A stretch of 64,000 nt of DNA, from the NCBI GenBank assembly GCA_012295275.1, contig CM022672.1, forward strand, positions 24,552,001-24,616,000, written 5' to 3'. Position numbers and translations under genes: made by a program. This document shows positions 23,712-38,700 of this stretch, piece after piece. This DNA comes from Chrysomallon squamiferum. Taxonomy: Eukaryota > Animalia > Mollusca. Under the pieces are notes generated by a model, which worked only from the letters and a program-made list of their open reading frames with translations, was not told where the DNA came from and made no database searches. Numbering within the stretch: position 1 is the first letter of the stretch; each line of letters starts with the position of its first letter.

Positions 23712-26700
23712 TACGTACATACAAACATGCACACAAACACAAAACTGAATATGAATTAAAGATGGAAAATTTAAGGAACATATATATATTACGTGTGATT
23801 AACCTGTCAGAAATATATTTTTTTGCAGTCAAATAATGTAAATGATGGTCCATGCTAAAGCAAAACTGTATGCTTGCTTTTCTTTTAAATAGTCATCATT
23901 TTGTTAACATAATTATAATGTAAAAAAAAGATTAGTATTTGATAAGAAACAACAAGTTTTTTTTTTGTTTTTTTTGTCTTCATGTTAAAATCCAGATGTG
24001 TTATACCCAGATAAATGTCAAAAGATTCCAATGTTGTTATTGCAAGTCATTTTAAAATATTTCTTTTTTATCCTTTCAGATAATATTTATATGTATAACA
24101 CAATTTACTCCACTGTTATTTTTGAGGAGGCACAAGCGCATTGTACTCGTTCTGGTGGATTTCTGACAACTATATTTTCTTCACACGAATATGTATTTGT
24201 GAAAAAAAAGATTACTAAGTGGACTCAGTATCCTTATTATATTGGTTAGTTAATAATGTTTTATTACTTTTTTAATTTACACACACACATTTTTTATCTT
24301 ACAAAACATAAATAAATATAGAGCAGAAACGTGATCTTTCTAATCAATTGATAGTTGTTTTGTTACTGGAAGAATATTTCTAAAAACAGTAAAAAAAAAA
24401 ATCATCATTGTTTTTTATTGTTGTTTTTGTGTTTTTCAGTTTGCTCCAGTATATTTTAAGAATTTGTCTTTTATTGCATTTATTTATTTTTGTAAACATT
24501 TCTAACCACTACAATAACAAGGAAAGGAGTATATACATATATGTATTATGTGTATATATGTGTGTATATGTATTTAATGGGAAAAACATATTTTCTATAG
24601 CTTTTTCTTCAAATTGTGTGCACAGTTCACTGTTTTTCAATATATTTCAAGTCCAAAGTTAACATTTCATAATTTTTGGCCAGGTTTCAGTATAGTCAAG
24701 ATTTAATAAATGTCGAAATGATAGTAAAATAAAAGTTAAAAATACATCCAGATCTTAGAAGCAAACTGCTGCAATTCATTTCAAATTATATCAAGTTCAA
24801 ATTTAATAACAAAAAAAAAGACTACTAATAATCATACTTATTGTTGCTTTTCCATTTTTTTTTTGTAGAAAGAAAATAATAATAATTTATCAGTCAGAAT
24901 AAATAACAAAAAAAAAAAAAAATCTGTCTTCTTTTCTTATTATAAAGAACATATTTTAAAAAATTTGAAGAATAATTGATATTAATTTAAATTCTGTCCC
25001 TAAATCAAATAGCCTGTCTCAATGAGAACAGTTTAACACAGAATAAAACAGAACAGCATGTTCATTGCATTTACAAATCATGAATAAAGTGAAATATAAA
25101 ACAAATGTTTAGAATTTGACATAATATAATTGTAGTATTGTCTATATTGGAAGTAAATAAAACAGTATTAATAGACTTTGACTTTTAACAATGTTCTATA
25201 AAGATAAACCTTCAAATACAAACTTTGAATGTTTCTATATCATTGAATTGAGTATACAGATTATCAGATTTGTTGATAATTACCACGTAAAATAAAAGAG
25301 TAATCAGCACATCTAACAAACATGTGTTTTATGGGTTTCCATAAGAAAAGAAAATCACAGAAACATATCAGTTTAAAGTTATATTAACTTGTTTGAGAGA
25401 ATTGTCAAACCTTTTCTTTTTATTAAATGTTTGCAAATGTTTTCACATGTTCAGTTTAAAGTGTAACCTAACATGAGAAACAGCTTAAACCACTTGGTGA
25501 AAGTTTAAACAGTGGCCAAAAAGCTTTAATTACTTGAAGTTTAATACATTTTTAAATAACTATCCCCAGATTTTGAAATAATCACCATTCTATATGTTTT
25601 TGAAGAATGGTAAAATGAATATTATTAATGCTTTTTGCATTTCCATATAACAATAATATAAATAAAAATATATCAGTGAAAATCCCAACAACTGATTACA
25701 GGACTTACCTTTAGAAACATTCCCATGACCAAAACTAAACTTTGGTTTGGTTGAAACTCTGGGTATAACTGACTTGTATACGTTATGAGATATTACAGAC
25801 ACAATAGCTCAACAGGGCCAAGTTTAGTTTCTGGAAACATAATAATCACTAGCAATATTAGGGTGATTTGTTCTTACCATCTCATATATACTTTAATAAT
25901 ACATCAGATAAAAAATGTCAGTTAAAAGATACAAGCTATTTTAAATCTTTTTAATGCTTAGAAAACAAAGTAAATTCAAGATGTTTTTTCAAAAATATCT
26001 TTATTGTCAAATACAATTAATGTCTTTTTAAGTAATGCTTTAATTTATGAAAAATTTAATATTAATATATTTTTTTGCATCATGTATGTTATTATTGCAG
26101 GTATGGTGGATTGGGATCAAGATCAGAGTTACAATTGGTGGATTGATGGGTCTGATGTTGTTTTTAAAATTTTTGACAAACATTTAAATCCAGGTTCTGT
26201 TGTCTACATCAAACAAAATATTTGGGCTACTGAAGACAAGTCTGATGGACAAATGTTTAGCTGTCGTATTACAGGTAAATAGCAGTCATTCTCTGTAAGA
26301 CTTTTTGAAAGTGTCAAACTTTTTTTTTGAAAGTTTCATCTTATTTTCATTTGAAATTGGAAATGTTGAAATTGAATTTTTTAATTGAATTTCTGTAATT
26401 TAAGTAGATGTTCTGAATCCTATTTATAATAGCTTTAAATCTGAAAAATTAAATCTTTATAAAAAAAATAATTGCTAACTTTGTTTTTATAATATACATG
26501 CAGTTTTGGATAACATTTTTCTGAATGCACCAAACACTGAAATATTTTGATTAAAATAAAATGATGTCTTTTTCAAGTAAACATCAATAGCATTCACTCT
26601 TACTGTATTTCAATTACACAGTGTATATACTATACGTTATTATCTTGTACAAACAAAGTAGGGTTAGCAATTTAAAACAATATACTTTATGAACTGTTAA

Positions 26701-29700
26701 TCACACTTATTTGTATTTTAATATTATGAACCATTTTTAAAACTTTATCAATGGGTTTGTGTTCTTGTTATTGTTATTATTAATCTTTATTCATATTTAG
26801 ATGAAGATAGCTATTTGTTGAGTGGTTTCCATGACATAAAGGATTTTCAGATTACCTCATCACCAGTTTTGAAGACTCGTTCAGCAGTGATGAATTTTGT
26901 ATTTGGTACTCCAAGGAGTCGCCTTGGTTCCAGGCAGTATGCATCAGTTTATGCAAATAAGAAAACTTTGAAATATGGGTTGTACTGGTCACCTCAAACC
27001 AACACAAATAAGTATTTGAAGGTACGTCTGTGTACTCAACTTTTGAAATAATAATGAATACAATAAAATATTTTTTATTCATAGAAATCCATGATGAATA
27101 TCTACTTTCTGTGTTTGCAACTGTAACAGTATGGAAGAAAGCAGCTGCTTGTTTGTTGGTTAAAGGTTGTAGTGAACCAGTAGGCCTTGTAAAATATTCA
27201 GGAGAACTCAAGTGCTTGCTGCAGACCTAAAGGAATTTGCCTGGTGAATGGATATCCTTTAAATAAAGGCTTTACTGTATTTCAGAATTGAATTAAAACA
27301 CTACAGCTAGAAATATGTTTCATTTTATATTGATATAAACAGTTTAAAATAAATATACTTTTTTTATTGCAGGTTACACTGAATACAGAAAATCGGATAA
27401 CAGGTGTGATGGTTGTTGGATTTGACTGTGACAAGTCCATTGTAAAGTTTTATTTAACCTACAGAACAGTTGATGAAACTTCAAGTCATAAATCTAAGGT
27501 ATAAAGGATATTTAAAACCCAAGTATTACCTCTACTGAGGCTAATTATTAACTAATTACATCAAACTGGGTCTCAAAGCATAATTCTAAGTTTTGAACAA
27601 TAACTTTAAAAAAAAGAAGATTATCTGCTTTGGCTTTGATTTGATTTTCATATTAATCAAAATAAAGCTTCATAAACCTTATTTAAATATTTTATTAATT
27701 GCTTAAGAGCAACTGTAATACAAAAGAAAGATGTTTTTAAAATAAAAATAAAAAGCAAAAAATAAATAATAAATAAAATAAAAATAAATAATAATAGTTA
27801 ACAAGTAAAGGAATTCACTGCATTGTTTAATGTAGTGACAAAGGATTCATAAATAAATTTAAATACACATAATAAAAGTTATTATGCAACCCCCAAACAA
27901 AAATTTATTTACATTTTAAAAAATATAAAAAATGTGGAATTGCAAAAAGAACACGAAAAAAGTATATGCATCCAAATTTATCTTTTCAGAAAATATTATT
28001 TTGGGTGTATGTAGTGAAAGTTTAAGTGTTCAATAGTGCCATACATATTTTTGAAGAAATTATCTATTTAAATGGTAATACAGCAGTAAATAAACTTGCA
28101 AAAAAAAGGAGGGAAAAGTAAAAAGAAAATACAAAATAATAAACACACAGACTCAGACACATACACATACAATGCTAGAAGTTTAAACAAATTAAATAAT
28201 AATAAAAATGTTGTAAAAAAAAAAAAATTAATTTAGAAATGTTAAAAATATCTAAATCTACAGTACATATAAATAGTTATTTAAGTCAAACAAATTTCCA
28301 TGAACGTTTTTCAAAACAGCAATTGTGATTATATCATTCAAGATTTTCAGTGTTCCTCCAGAATCAAAGAAACTCAATCTCATTAGGCCAAGCTTCAAAG
28401 CAACTCAGATTTCATTGAAAATTACTGACGACACTGTCTGCAATGGCTATCAGTGGGATTTAACGGGGCGTTTTACAGGTGAGAAATCTTAATCTTAGCA
28501 CAGATTGGGTGTATCACTAATCCCACTAAGTAAGTGTGTGTGTGTGTGTATGTGTGTGTGTATATATGAGTTTTATAACTGAACAAAAAATGATGAGTGT
28601 TTGTTTATATGCTGCAGGATAATCTAATCAAGAGAGATGAAAATATATAAAATAGCTTACCCTGCCAGATTATGTTCAAAAACCTTGCTAGAAATTGTTG
28701 TGCCAGTTTTACCACTAGATTCTCAGGCTTCAGTCTTGTTTCTAGATCAAGATGTAGATGATTCTGTCAGCTCTGCACATGCTTATGTGTAATTTATTTG
28801 AATGTATATTTTGTTAAATATGTTAATTCCATTATATTTAACTGTACCATTTGTTAAAATTTACTTTTCATTTAATATTTCTGTTTCTTCATTGTCCAAC
28901 TGATACTGATTCACATGATATTTTAAAGGTTTTATGAGCTGGTTAGCACGCTTTAGAAGTAGCCCTTCTATGATCTGAGGTTTTCATTAAGCTGGTACCT
29001 CTCTAGTGACATCAGTGGCAAATTAGTATTTTCAATTAATTTCTCAGTATTTTTAAACATTAATCATAGTCTTAAAACCATTAAAAATTATATTTAAATC
29101 TGAATTATATAAGTTATAGGTGTGAGTTTTTGAGTTAAAAACAAAAGATTTTTTGAAAACTGAATTGCTAATTCATTTGAAACAAAGACAGTGGAAAGCT
29201 CATGTTGTAAATTAAGTTGGATTCAGTGCCTAGCACTATTAATTTGTTTTTATTACCATTTTTTAAAATTTATTATTGTAATGCTAAACTATGATCACAG
29301 ACGTGCTGAACGCTAATATAGCTGTAAATTGAGAATAATAACATATTACTTACAATATGGTTTACTTATGTAGGGTATTTTGCCTTGCAGAATAACAGTA
29401 AATCATAGTAAAAAAATAATAATAAATGGGAGATTTTCAAACTTAAGTTTATGTTATTTTCAAATTTAAATATAATGAAATGAAATTAAAATATTAAAAA
29501 CAAATGCATTCATGGTAATAAACATAGATTTCACTTAACTTCTGAAGTTCTTTTATAAACTGCGTATACAATTCCTTGGTGAGTAAAAAATAATATTCTT
29601 GCTATTTTAAATTATTTTAATTATTTTCATTAATGTATATATTTTGTACATCTTTAGTTTTGAAATATCAAATGAAAATGATGATGTATTTGGAAATTTG

Positions 29701-32700
29701 AGATTAACAAAATAGTTAGTGAAATACTCATTCAATTTTAATTGTTTTCAGTATAAAAAAAATATTTGTTTTTGTTAATTTTAATAATTCATCAATCCCT
29801 TATTTCATTAACTGTACACTCTAATTCCATTGTAAATTTTTTTTAAAATTGATTTTTATATTTTTAAATGCTCTCTGTTTTGCATATATTTAATTATTTC
29901 TTCTTTTTTTAATATATAACTTTATTATTATTATGTATTTTTATTAAATTGAAAATTATTTTATTTAAAAAAATGTTTTATTAACTTCAAACTTGTTTTA
30001 AAATTATCTTTTTGTGGTTCGTAGGTAAAGGCATAATTTCTGAATGTTATTCAAGACCTTGTGAACATATATGTATTGAGACACCAGAGAGTTATTACTG
30101 CAGATGTAAGAAAAATTATCATCTTTTTATTGATGGAAAATCATGTTTACCAGGTAACATCATAAGACTTGAAATATGTATGTACTGCACAATAGATAAT
30201 TATTTTATTAATCTGTATATAAAAAAGCTTTATTTCATCTTTTTTTATTTTTTAAAATTTTTTATTTATTTGTTTGTTTGTTTATTTATTTATTTATTTA
30301 TTATTTTTTTGCTTATTATTTCTTTTATTATTCTGTTTTATTTATGTAAATATAAGTTATATGAATGTAATAATTTAAATAATTTGCAGACTCATAGTTA
30401 GGGAGCTTCTTCTTATTATTATTATTAATCTTTTTTTCCTTTCAATTATTCAAACAATACTCGTGTGTTTTCATAAATTTGTAGATTTCCAAACATTTTT
30501 TTAATTAATTTGTTTTCTTTCTTTTCAATACAAATGTATAATTCAGGCAGGTTAATACATATTTAGTTTAATAAAGACCCTTTTTCTGTAAATTAACAGC
30601 ATTAAATGGCAAATACATTTTATTATCATTATAATGTAATGTAATGAATGATTGTATTATTTGTCGAAAAAGAGATAACATTGTCTGCCCACAGATATAG
30701 TTCTCACTTCAGGATAAGGCAGATACTGTTATTACATATTACTGTATTGGTTATATTTCAGTTCCAAGTAGCCTTGTTCATTAAGTACATTTGGATCACT
30801 TGCTTCTAACTTCTTTATAAATATAATTTAACAGAGAAATGAATCATTTATTTTGATTTATATATCCAGTTACTGACAGTTATAAATACAGCCATAATTA
30901 ATATTAGTACCACAGTTTGTATAATTAATTTGGTAAAACTTACATTGTCAATAATGCTTTTTTTAAATTTTCTTAACAGATATTAGTCCAGTTGAGGACA
31001 GCATATATCTTGCACCAGACTATTATGAATTTAAAAACCTATTTCAAAGTTATGTGCAAAAGGGTGCTTATTATCAATTCTTTCCTGATAGAAAAGATTT
31101 TACTGCAGCAACTGAACACTGTGCAAAACAAGGAGGATTTCTGCCTTCTGTTCATAAGATCTCAGAGCACAGATTCATATACCGACAACTTCTGAAACAC
31201 CCACAGTGTTCTAAATGGTTCTTAGGTAAATATATGCTTCTGTTTTTGAATTATTTTGAATAATCTACCAGCTTATCTCTCTGATGTAAAGTCAGTTAAC
31301 TAGTAAGTTTGCCTTTTTCAATGATAAAGCCATGAACTAACCACACACACACACACATAATTAAACCAACACCCAAACCCCACCAATAAATAAAAATAAA
31401 TAAAATCATAAAAAAATTAGTGTAGTAATCATTAATGTTAAATAATGCTTAAATCATGTCATTAGTAGTTCAAGCCATTTGATTTCTACTTTAGAGCTAA
31501 ACTGTGTAGAGAGTACCATTCAGCTAATAAGATATATTAATTTTATTATAATTCTTTTAAGCAATATGGAACTTTTCTCCCACAGAGGCATACTATAAGA
31601 CATAATTAAGTTTAAAGTGCATGTACACCAAATAACAATATAAGAAAAATTTGTATTGAAAAGTTTGAAGGTAAGCATACAATAAAAAGGATTTGCTGCA
31701 GAGAATCAAAATTTGTGTGGCAGTTTCAGTGTCTAATTCAATTGGTTGATTATACAGAAGGCAAGGAAAGGTTGTATTATCGGAGTTGTATGGATAGAGC
31801 ACAGGTTTTTTTTTCTTAAATTCACATTTCAAATCCTCTAAATACTTCTTTGTGTGTGCCGCATAACATAAAATAATAATAAAAAAAAAATGATCTCAAT
31901 ATTATGATTTATTGTTCTCTTCAAAAACAAAACTTTCAAATCTGCTTTTTGTTCTAATGAATAAACAGTAAGAGATAAAATACAAAATTGAGAATATTAA
32001 GGAAACGCTCTGATATATGTTTCTTTTTAAAATTTATATCCAACAGATCCAGTGAACTATAAATTTTTTTTTATCAAAGGTCATTTATCCAATCACAAAA
32101 ACATATAGGGTCATTCCATGTCAAATCACCCCAAAAAACTTGGTATACTTGTTGACTGGGATCCCACAGCACCATATCGGAAATTTTAGTGTCTTTGGAG
32201 GATTTATTAAGCATTTGAAAGCACCCATGCTAACAATTCTTAAACATCTAGTGAGTGCTTGCTTAGGATGGCGATTAAGGGGATCACAACACTTTTTGGT
32301 ATGATGGTGTTGATAACATACATTGTGAGGAGAGTAAAAGCTGCAGTTAGCCCTGGAAGAAATAAGGATTTTTGTTATTGGCCTGCACCTTCAATTCAGT
32401 AGAATAAAGTCAGTGCTTTCCTAAATATCAAATCAAATCCTGAAACTCTTTCAGTAAAGTTAAGCAGTCATAAAATGACAGCAGAGTACATGTGTCAGAA
32501 ATCACAGTTTATCAAGGTGAAAGTAGACCTTGTTCGTACTCTGTTCCTAAGACTGGGTGTACACATGCATTATGCAGTACATCACTTGATGAAGTCTGAT
32601 TTCAGACTAGTTTGTACTGTAGTTGACTGAAACCTTGTTCAAAACCATTGGCAAGGCCACATGACATGATAAAATGACTTAATAGGTTTTATGAAGAAAA

Positions 32701-35700
32701 GATAATGCTTACATATCAACATCTGACATTGAGTCCAATAGGAAAGCTTCAGACTGTCAATGAAATGCAGATGAAGAAACTTCTTTGTCTTAAATTTCTA
32801 ATTGCCATGTGCTCAATGGGGATTGCACCAGGGGATTTAAAGGAGTTCCTGACCTACCTGAAGCATCACTTCCTGTTAACCCTTTCAGCCTGATTGTGTA
32901 GAACATGTCATGCTATTTGGCATTTTTTCATATCCTTCAGGCATTCCTTCAGACATGTCAGGTGGGTTTTAACTCCAAAGATGAGTTTTTGGTCTCAGAG
33001 AAGTGTATACATGTAGAAAATGTACATTGTAATGCATTGTATCAATCATCCATGCAGCTATGCATTTTTTAAATTTATATTATGGCTAAACAAAAAATTA
33101 CACCTAGATAAAACTTTTATATGTTTTAGTTAACATGTGGGAGATTAAATTTCAATAAAGGTCATTTCAAGGTCACGTGATCCACAAGGTCAATTTCAAG
33201 GTCATAGCAAAGGTCAAAAGGTAAATGTACCCCAACATTTTCCAAACTGAACAATAATGGCAGATTTGGAATATTGTCATATTGCCTTTTCAACAATACC
33301 AATTTTATGAATACTGGCCTAGTAGTTCCTGAGATATGAGGGTTCAAAGGTTGGTGGTCAAACCCATTTTTGCCAAAAATCTCAAAATTCCGTGGGCCAT
33401 ATCTCCCACACCACTGATCCGATTGGCCTAAAATTTCAGATTTGGTGCTGTGGGATCCCAGAAAACAAGTATACCAAGTTTTATAAAAATCTAAGACGGT
33501 CGGGTTTAACCCACTGGGTGATTTGACACGGAATAACCCTATAACAAACAAATAAACAAAGATAATTTTAACCGCTTTTATTTCAGGCCTAAAAGGAAAT
33601 TATTTGATGCATACTGCCTGGCAGGATGACAGTTGGGTTGATTTTACATTGTTTGCTCGTACTGTTCCCGATTATTCATACCAAGCAAATGTTGTTTTCA
33701 TGGATAAGAATTTACATTACAAGTGGGATTTTGCTCCTGTTCACCAGATAAGTGCATGTGTAATTTGTCAGTATAAGCACAGGGGTGAGTTCATATTTGA
33801 AATTAGAATTTCTGTATATTGGAAATTGGATAACATGTATATTTTATAAACACAAGAAAAACATTTCACCTTAGAAACTTTTCTCATTCTGAAATCTTTC
33901 TAATCTTATGAACTATTTAATTTGAAATATCATCGGTTATATCTTGGTATTTCTGAAAAAGTAGCAAATTTGGTCCTTCATTTAGGATTACATGTCTGTA
34001 GAGAAAAGTTGCAAGTAACTAGAAATATCAAATCCTAGTTAAATATAACATTATTATGTTATATTAATAACCTCTACATTTAGCATTTTAATCACTTATA
34101 TTATTACAGTCAAAGGAAATATTAATTCCTGAATTTTAAAAATAACTTATTTATAAAATCACTACCTATATATTTTGTAAGAACAAAAATTTGCATTTAT
34201 AGCTAATAAATGATGTGTGTAAAAGCATAAGAAATTTAATTTATTATTATTTCCAGACTGTGATCGACCAATACTTAAAGATAGAATCAGACTCATCAAA
34301 TGGAGATATAAACCCCTGACACTCAGTAAAAGGTTTAATAATTTGATTCTGAATCTTGAGAATGAGCTGTCTTTTTACGCTATCTCTGAAAAAGAAGGAT
34401 ACGTTCAGGTGTGCTCATTTTATAATTTTCAGCAAGTGTAAAAATAATGTTTGTGTTCTCAGATTTATTAAATAATTTTTAAATTACATTTATTATTATT
34501 ATTATTATTATTATATTTGTTGTTGGTTATCAAAATTATTTTTTATAACCTTAAAGGCTACACTATGCATGGACTTTAAAACTTGATCCCATATAACTAA
34601 GGATTTAGAATAATAAAAAACAAATTCTAGTGAATAAACAGTGTAATGGAGTTAACAATAAAAGCTATAAAGTATATCTATCACAATCAATTTGAGATCA
34701 TTGTAAGGCTGCAGGGTATACAACATTCTTGGTTTTTCCATTGGGAGTGTGGATGAATAAATTCTTTCCATTTCCAACTGTTGACCATCCCACATAGGGC
34801 TGACCATGAGAGAAGAATTAATATAGATTTTCATTTTTGTTTTTCAAAGATATAATATTTATATTTTGTTTCCAGTAAATACTTAGAGAAAGGATAAAAC
34901 AATAATAGTCTACTGTATTTCTTATTGTTCTTAAATACATTTTCTGTCGAACAAAATGATTATATGTTTGCTGGAAAATAGATTAAGATAGACACTGCTG
35001 CAACATTAATCTTTTTATATTGATGTAAAATGACATCATGTAACCAAACACATTACATTATTAAATAAATATGCATCATGCAAAATCATGAAAGCTGATT
35101 AACCAAAGACATTAGATGGTGACAGTTGAGTTGATATGGTGGACCTACTGACATATCTCGATATCATAGTCTCAAGCATAATCACTTTTATGTTTCTTTT
35201 GTCAGAATGTTTGTGAACATACAAAGCAAGACATATACATTTGATTTTATTTATATAGATTTATCACACTGGTTTATTATTGTGTGTAGGTTATGATAAT
35301 AAACTAATAATTTATTTTTTTCCTAAGCCACTTTTTTTAAAGTTGTCTCTTTAAGATTGAATATTCTTACTGTTTTCAGCTGTTTCATTTCATAAACCCT
35401 TAGATAACAGTGTGTTTTTAAATGATTTGTGCAATTTTCAGGAAATATCTGATTTATGTATATATTTGTGGTATGTTGAACAAATAATTTATGATTTTAG
35501 TGCTTTTTGCATTATTTTCTGTGATGTATGTTGTTATATTCAGAAATATATGAAATTTATGAAGAAAAGGAAAACAGTAAACACATAAACATACATAACC
35601 CCTCCCCAGAAACCCCTACCAAAAAAAAAAAACGAGATTTAATTCATCAACTTCTTTATTCACTGACTACATAAGTCTTCTGATGCTAAGATTCTAATGT

Positions 35701-38700
35701 TTAACAACATTTGGAAATAAAATACAATGTAATATTTTTAGTCTATTTTGCTTTCTTCAGATATTTAAATACATAATATTTTTAAAAAAGAAGAATATAA
35801 ACCTTTGAAATAAATTAGATATGAGGAAATTTAGATTGAGAATTTCTCATTTGGGATTTATGATAATCTTTCATAATACTGCATAAATTTGTAAAGTTTA
35901 TTTTAATTTTGTAGGCTGATTTTCTAGTTGAATCCATCCTATATTTGTTCAAGTGCATTTCAAACTCAGGAGCTTCAGAGACAGAACCCAATAAAAATGT
36001 ATTCAACATTGAATATTCACTAGATCAGTTTGAAGACTTTTCTGTTATAGCAGACAAAAATGGTCAACCACAGGTAAGTTTGTGTTCCAGAATAATGTAA
36101 TCCTTTCTATTAATTTTTAAGTATTATTATTATTTTTATTTTATTATTCATTCTGTTCAGAGGTTGTATTCTAAACAACCATTAGTAATGTTTTTAATTT
36201 AATAATTATACATGAAAAGTGCAATCTGATTTTAATCTTTAGTCTCTCCAAAAGTGAAAGAATTGATATTTTATATTATGAATGAAAGCTCTGTTTAAGA
36301 AAACACAGTCTGGGTTATCTGGGCTATCAGCTGTTTGATAAAAATAGCAGAAACATTATTAAACTAATGATATTATATATTTGTTTAATTAGGTGTTGCA
36401 TTGAGGGTATTTCAAATGTTATTTACAGAAAAAAAACAAAAATTGAGCAAGAAATCCTTTCAGACTCCAAAAACAAAAAAGTTCAAATAATTAATTAAAT
36501 CATTATGTTTTATTTTAATTTAAATATGCAGCAATAAATTAATAAAGATATTTAAAAAAAAGAAATTAAACCTTTTTATTATTTGATATTTCATTCTATA
36601 ATTCAGACTAACCTTGGGCCTGCATCTATTTGACCTTTAAATCCAGGGTTGGATGATTTAAATCAAAGAATGCAATTTATCACATATTTAATAAAATTGA
36701 TATTAAATCACTTTTTCAAAAACTGACAAAAATTGTTTGAATATCCTTTTAATTTCTGACATTAACTGATTCCACCACCTATCATAATTACTTAATCAGT
36801 ATCAATACAGTTATAATTTTAAATTAAAAAAAAAAAAATTGTTTAATTGTTATTACTCAATTTTAGTGGTGCACCCATATCTATAAAATTTAAATATTTA
36901 AATTCCTAAAGTCTCAGACTTTATATTGATGGCAAATTTTTAAAGAAATAAGGCATTTAATCATGCGATATTCTTTAATTTAATGGAATGGTTCACAGTG
37001 ATTATAATGTTTTAATCATCAGGCTGAAAGAAACCTAACCCATTTTTCCTTAGGAATATTTATGAGACATAAAAATGCCTCTTTTAGCCAATAATGCAGA
37101 TTTCATAAACCATGACAAAATAAACTTTCTGTGGTATTTTTGAGATATCTGATGCGGGATTAGTGGACAACAATCTTTGAATTTGGTTAATTGTGTTAAT
37201 TATGCTAAAGTCTAGATTTATCATAAAATTGACAAAAGCAAGAAATTAGCAACGACAAATAGTTATTTTCAACTTTATTCTCTTTTATTAAATCAATTAA
37301 ATATTAAAATGACTTTGCCTTAATTAGAAGCTGAATTTTTCTTAAATAATTTTTTGAAGATATTTTCATGTGGTCCTCAAGCATTTGCAGTTCATTCAAT
37401 TCGACTGGCGCAGCCTGTCACAGCTAGATTTATTAGAATGTCCTGGAAGTATGAAAAGAGACATTATTTCTCAATTTCCATTGAACTGTTTGGATGTGCA
37501 ACAAGAACTTCAGGTAACATGCCATTTTAGAAAGTACAAGGTACTAAAAGTAATTTTAATCAAAGAAAATGTTTTAATATTCTGAATATGAATGTTTTAT
37601 GTTCACTTTTAAATGAGTGCATTTCAGTAAAGTAATTGTTTATTTTTTAACTGATTTTCTTTACTGTTTAATTTATTTATTAATTTATTGATACAAAATA
37701 AATAAAAAGGAAAATTCATGTTACATAATTAATTTTGCATTGTTATTAATTGATAATTTATATACATCTCTTCTTGATATGGGATTGCTATCAATTAATC
37801 TAAGTATCCATGATCAAAATAAAGGTAATTTTCACACACTGATGAGCATCCTGTGATCCAGACAATTAAAATAAATAGCTCTATTTTATTAAAATATTTT
37901 TAATTTTGCACAGTAGTGGACACATGCCTATACTAATAGTTATTTAAAAAAAAAAAAAATAGCTGTAAGATCATTTTACAAAAAAAAAAAACCAAAAACC
38001 TACAAAACAACAAATATGGTTGCTAGATGTGAAAATTATTGATAATTTTTCTCTTCATGCTGGATTAACAGTTTTACAGATGAAGATTTTCTATGATTAA
38101 AATAAATATAATTATATGCGTTTTGCCCATGTAAAGAAAGAAAATCCAATTACTCTATCCATCTTAATTCCTGGCTAAGTGATGACATGAATATACTTTT
38201 TGGCAAAAAGTAGGGTTAATTTAATTTAATGTGTTTTTTTTTTTCTCTCTCCACAGATGTAGGACTAATAAATCCCGAGTGTGGGAAAAACCCTAGTCAG
38301 TACTCACCATTACCATCTCTTAAGTCCTTTAGATGTTTTTACAAAAGGTGTACTAGTTCTAGAAAGATCTGTGGTGATGTTAATTACTACTATGTATTGG
38401 GATCAGGTAGTTGTTCCACATCTGGACCTTGTCATAATTTGCCCTGTAATGATGGCTCAGTCTGTCTAGAAAAAAAACAAGATTATGAATGTCATTGCCC
38501 AAATACTGCGGATGCAAACTGCAGTGAGTATGGTTTGAGTAAATGGATTTAATAATGACTAAATTGAAGTTGTAATCAGTAAAGCTATACATTTTCCTAA
38601 TTACAAACTTTTTAAACTGCAAGATTTATATAGTGATTTGCATTTGACAAAATATTTCAACACCAAAGTAGATATTATTGTTACAACATCACAGTGCTTG

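Noticed and set aside
25725-25836. Short imperfect inverted repeat (AAACTAAACTTTGG / CCAAGTTTAGTTT)
   Set aside because: Too short and degenerate, no TSD; cannot support a MITE call
34551-35354. Possible TTAA-flanked Kolobok-like element
   Set aside because: Ends match only loosely (TTAAAGGCTACACT vs TTAAAGAGACAACT) and there is no coding remnant
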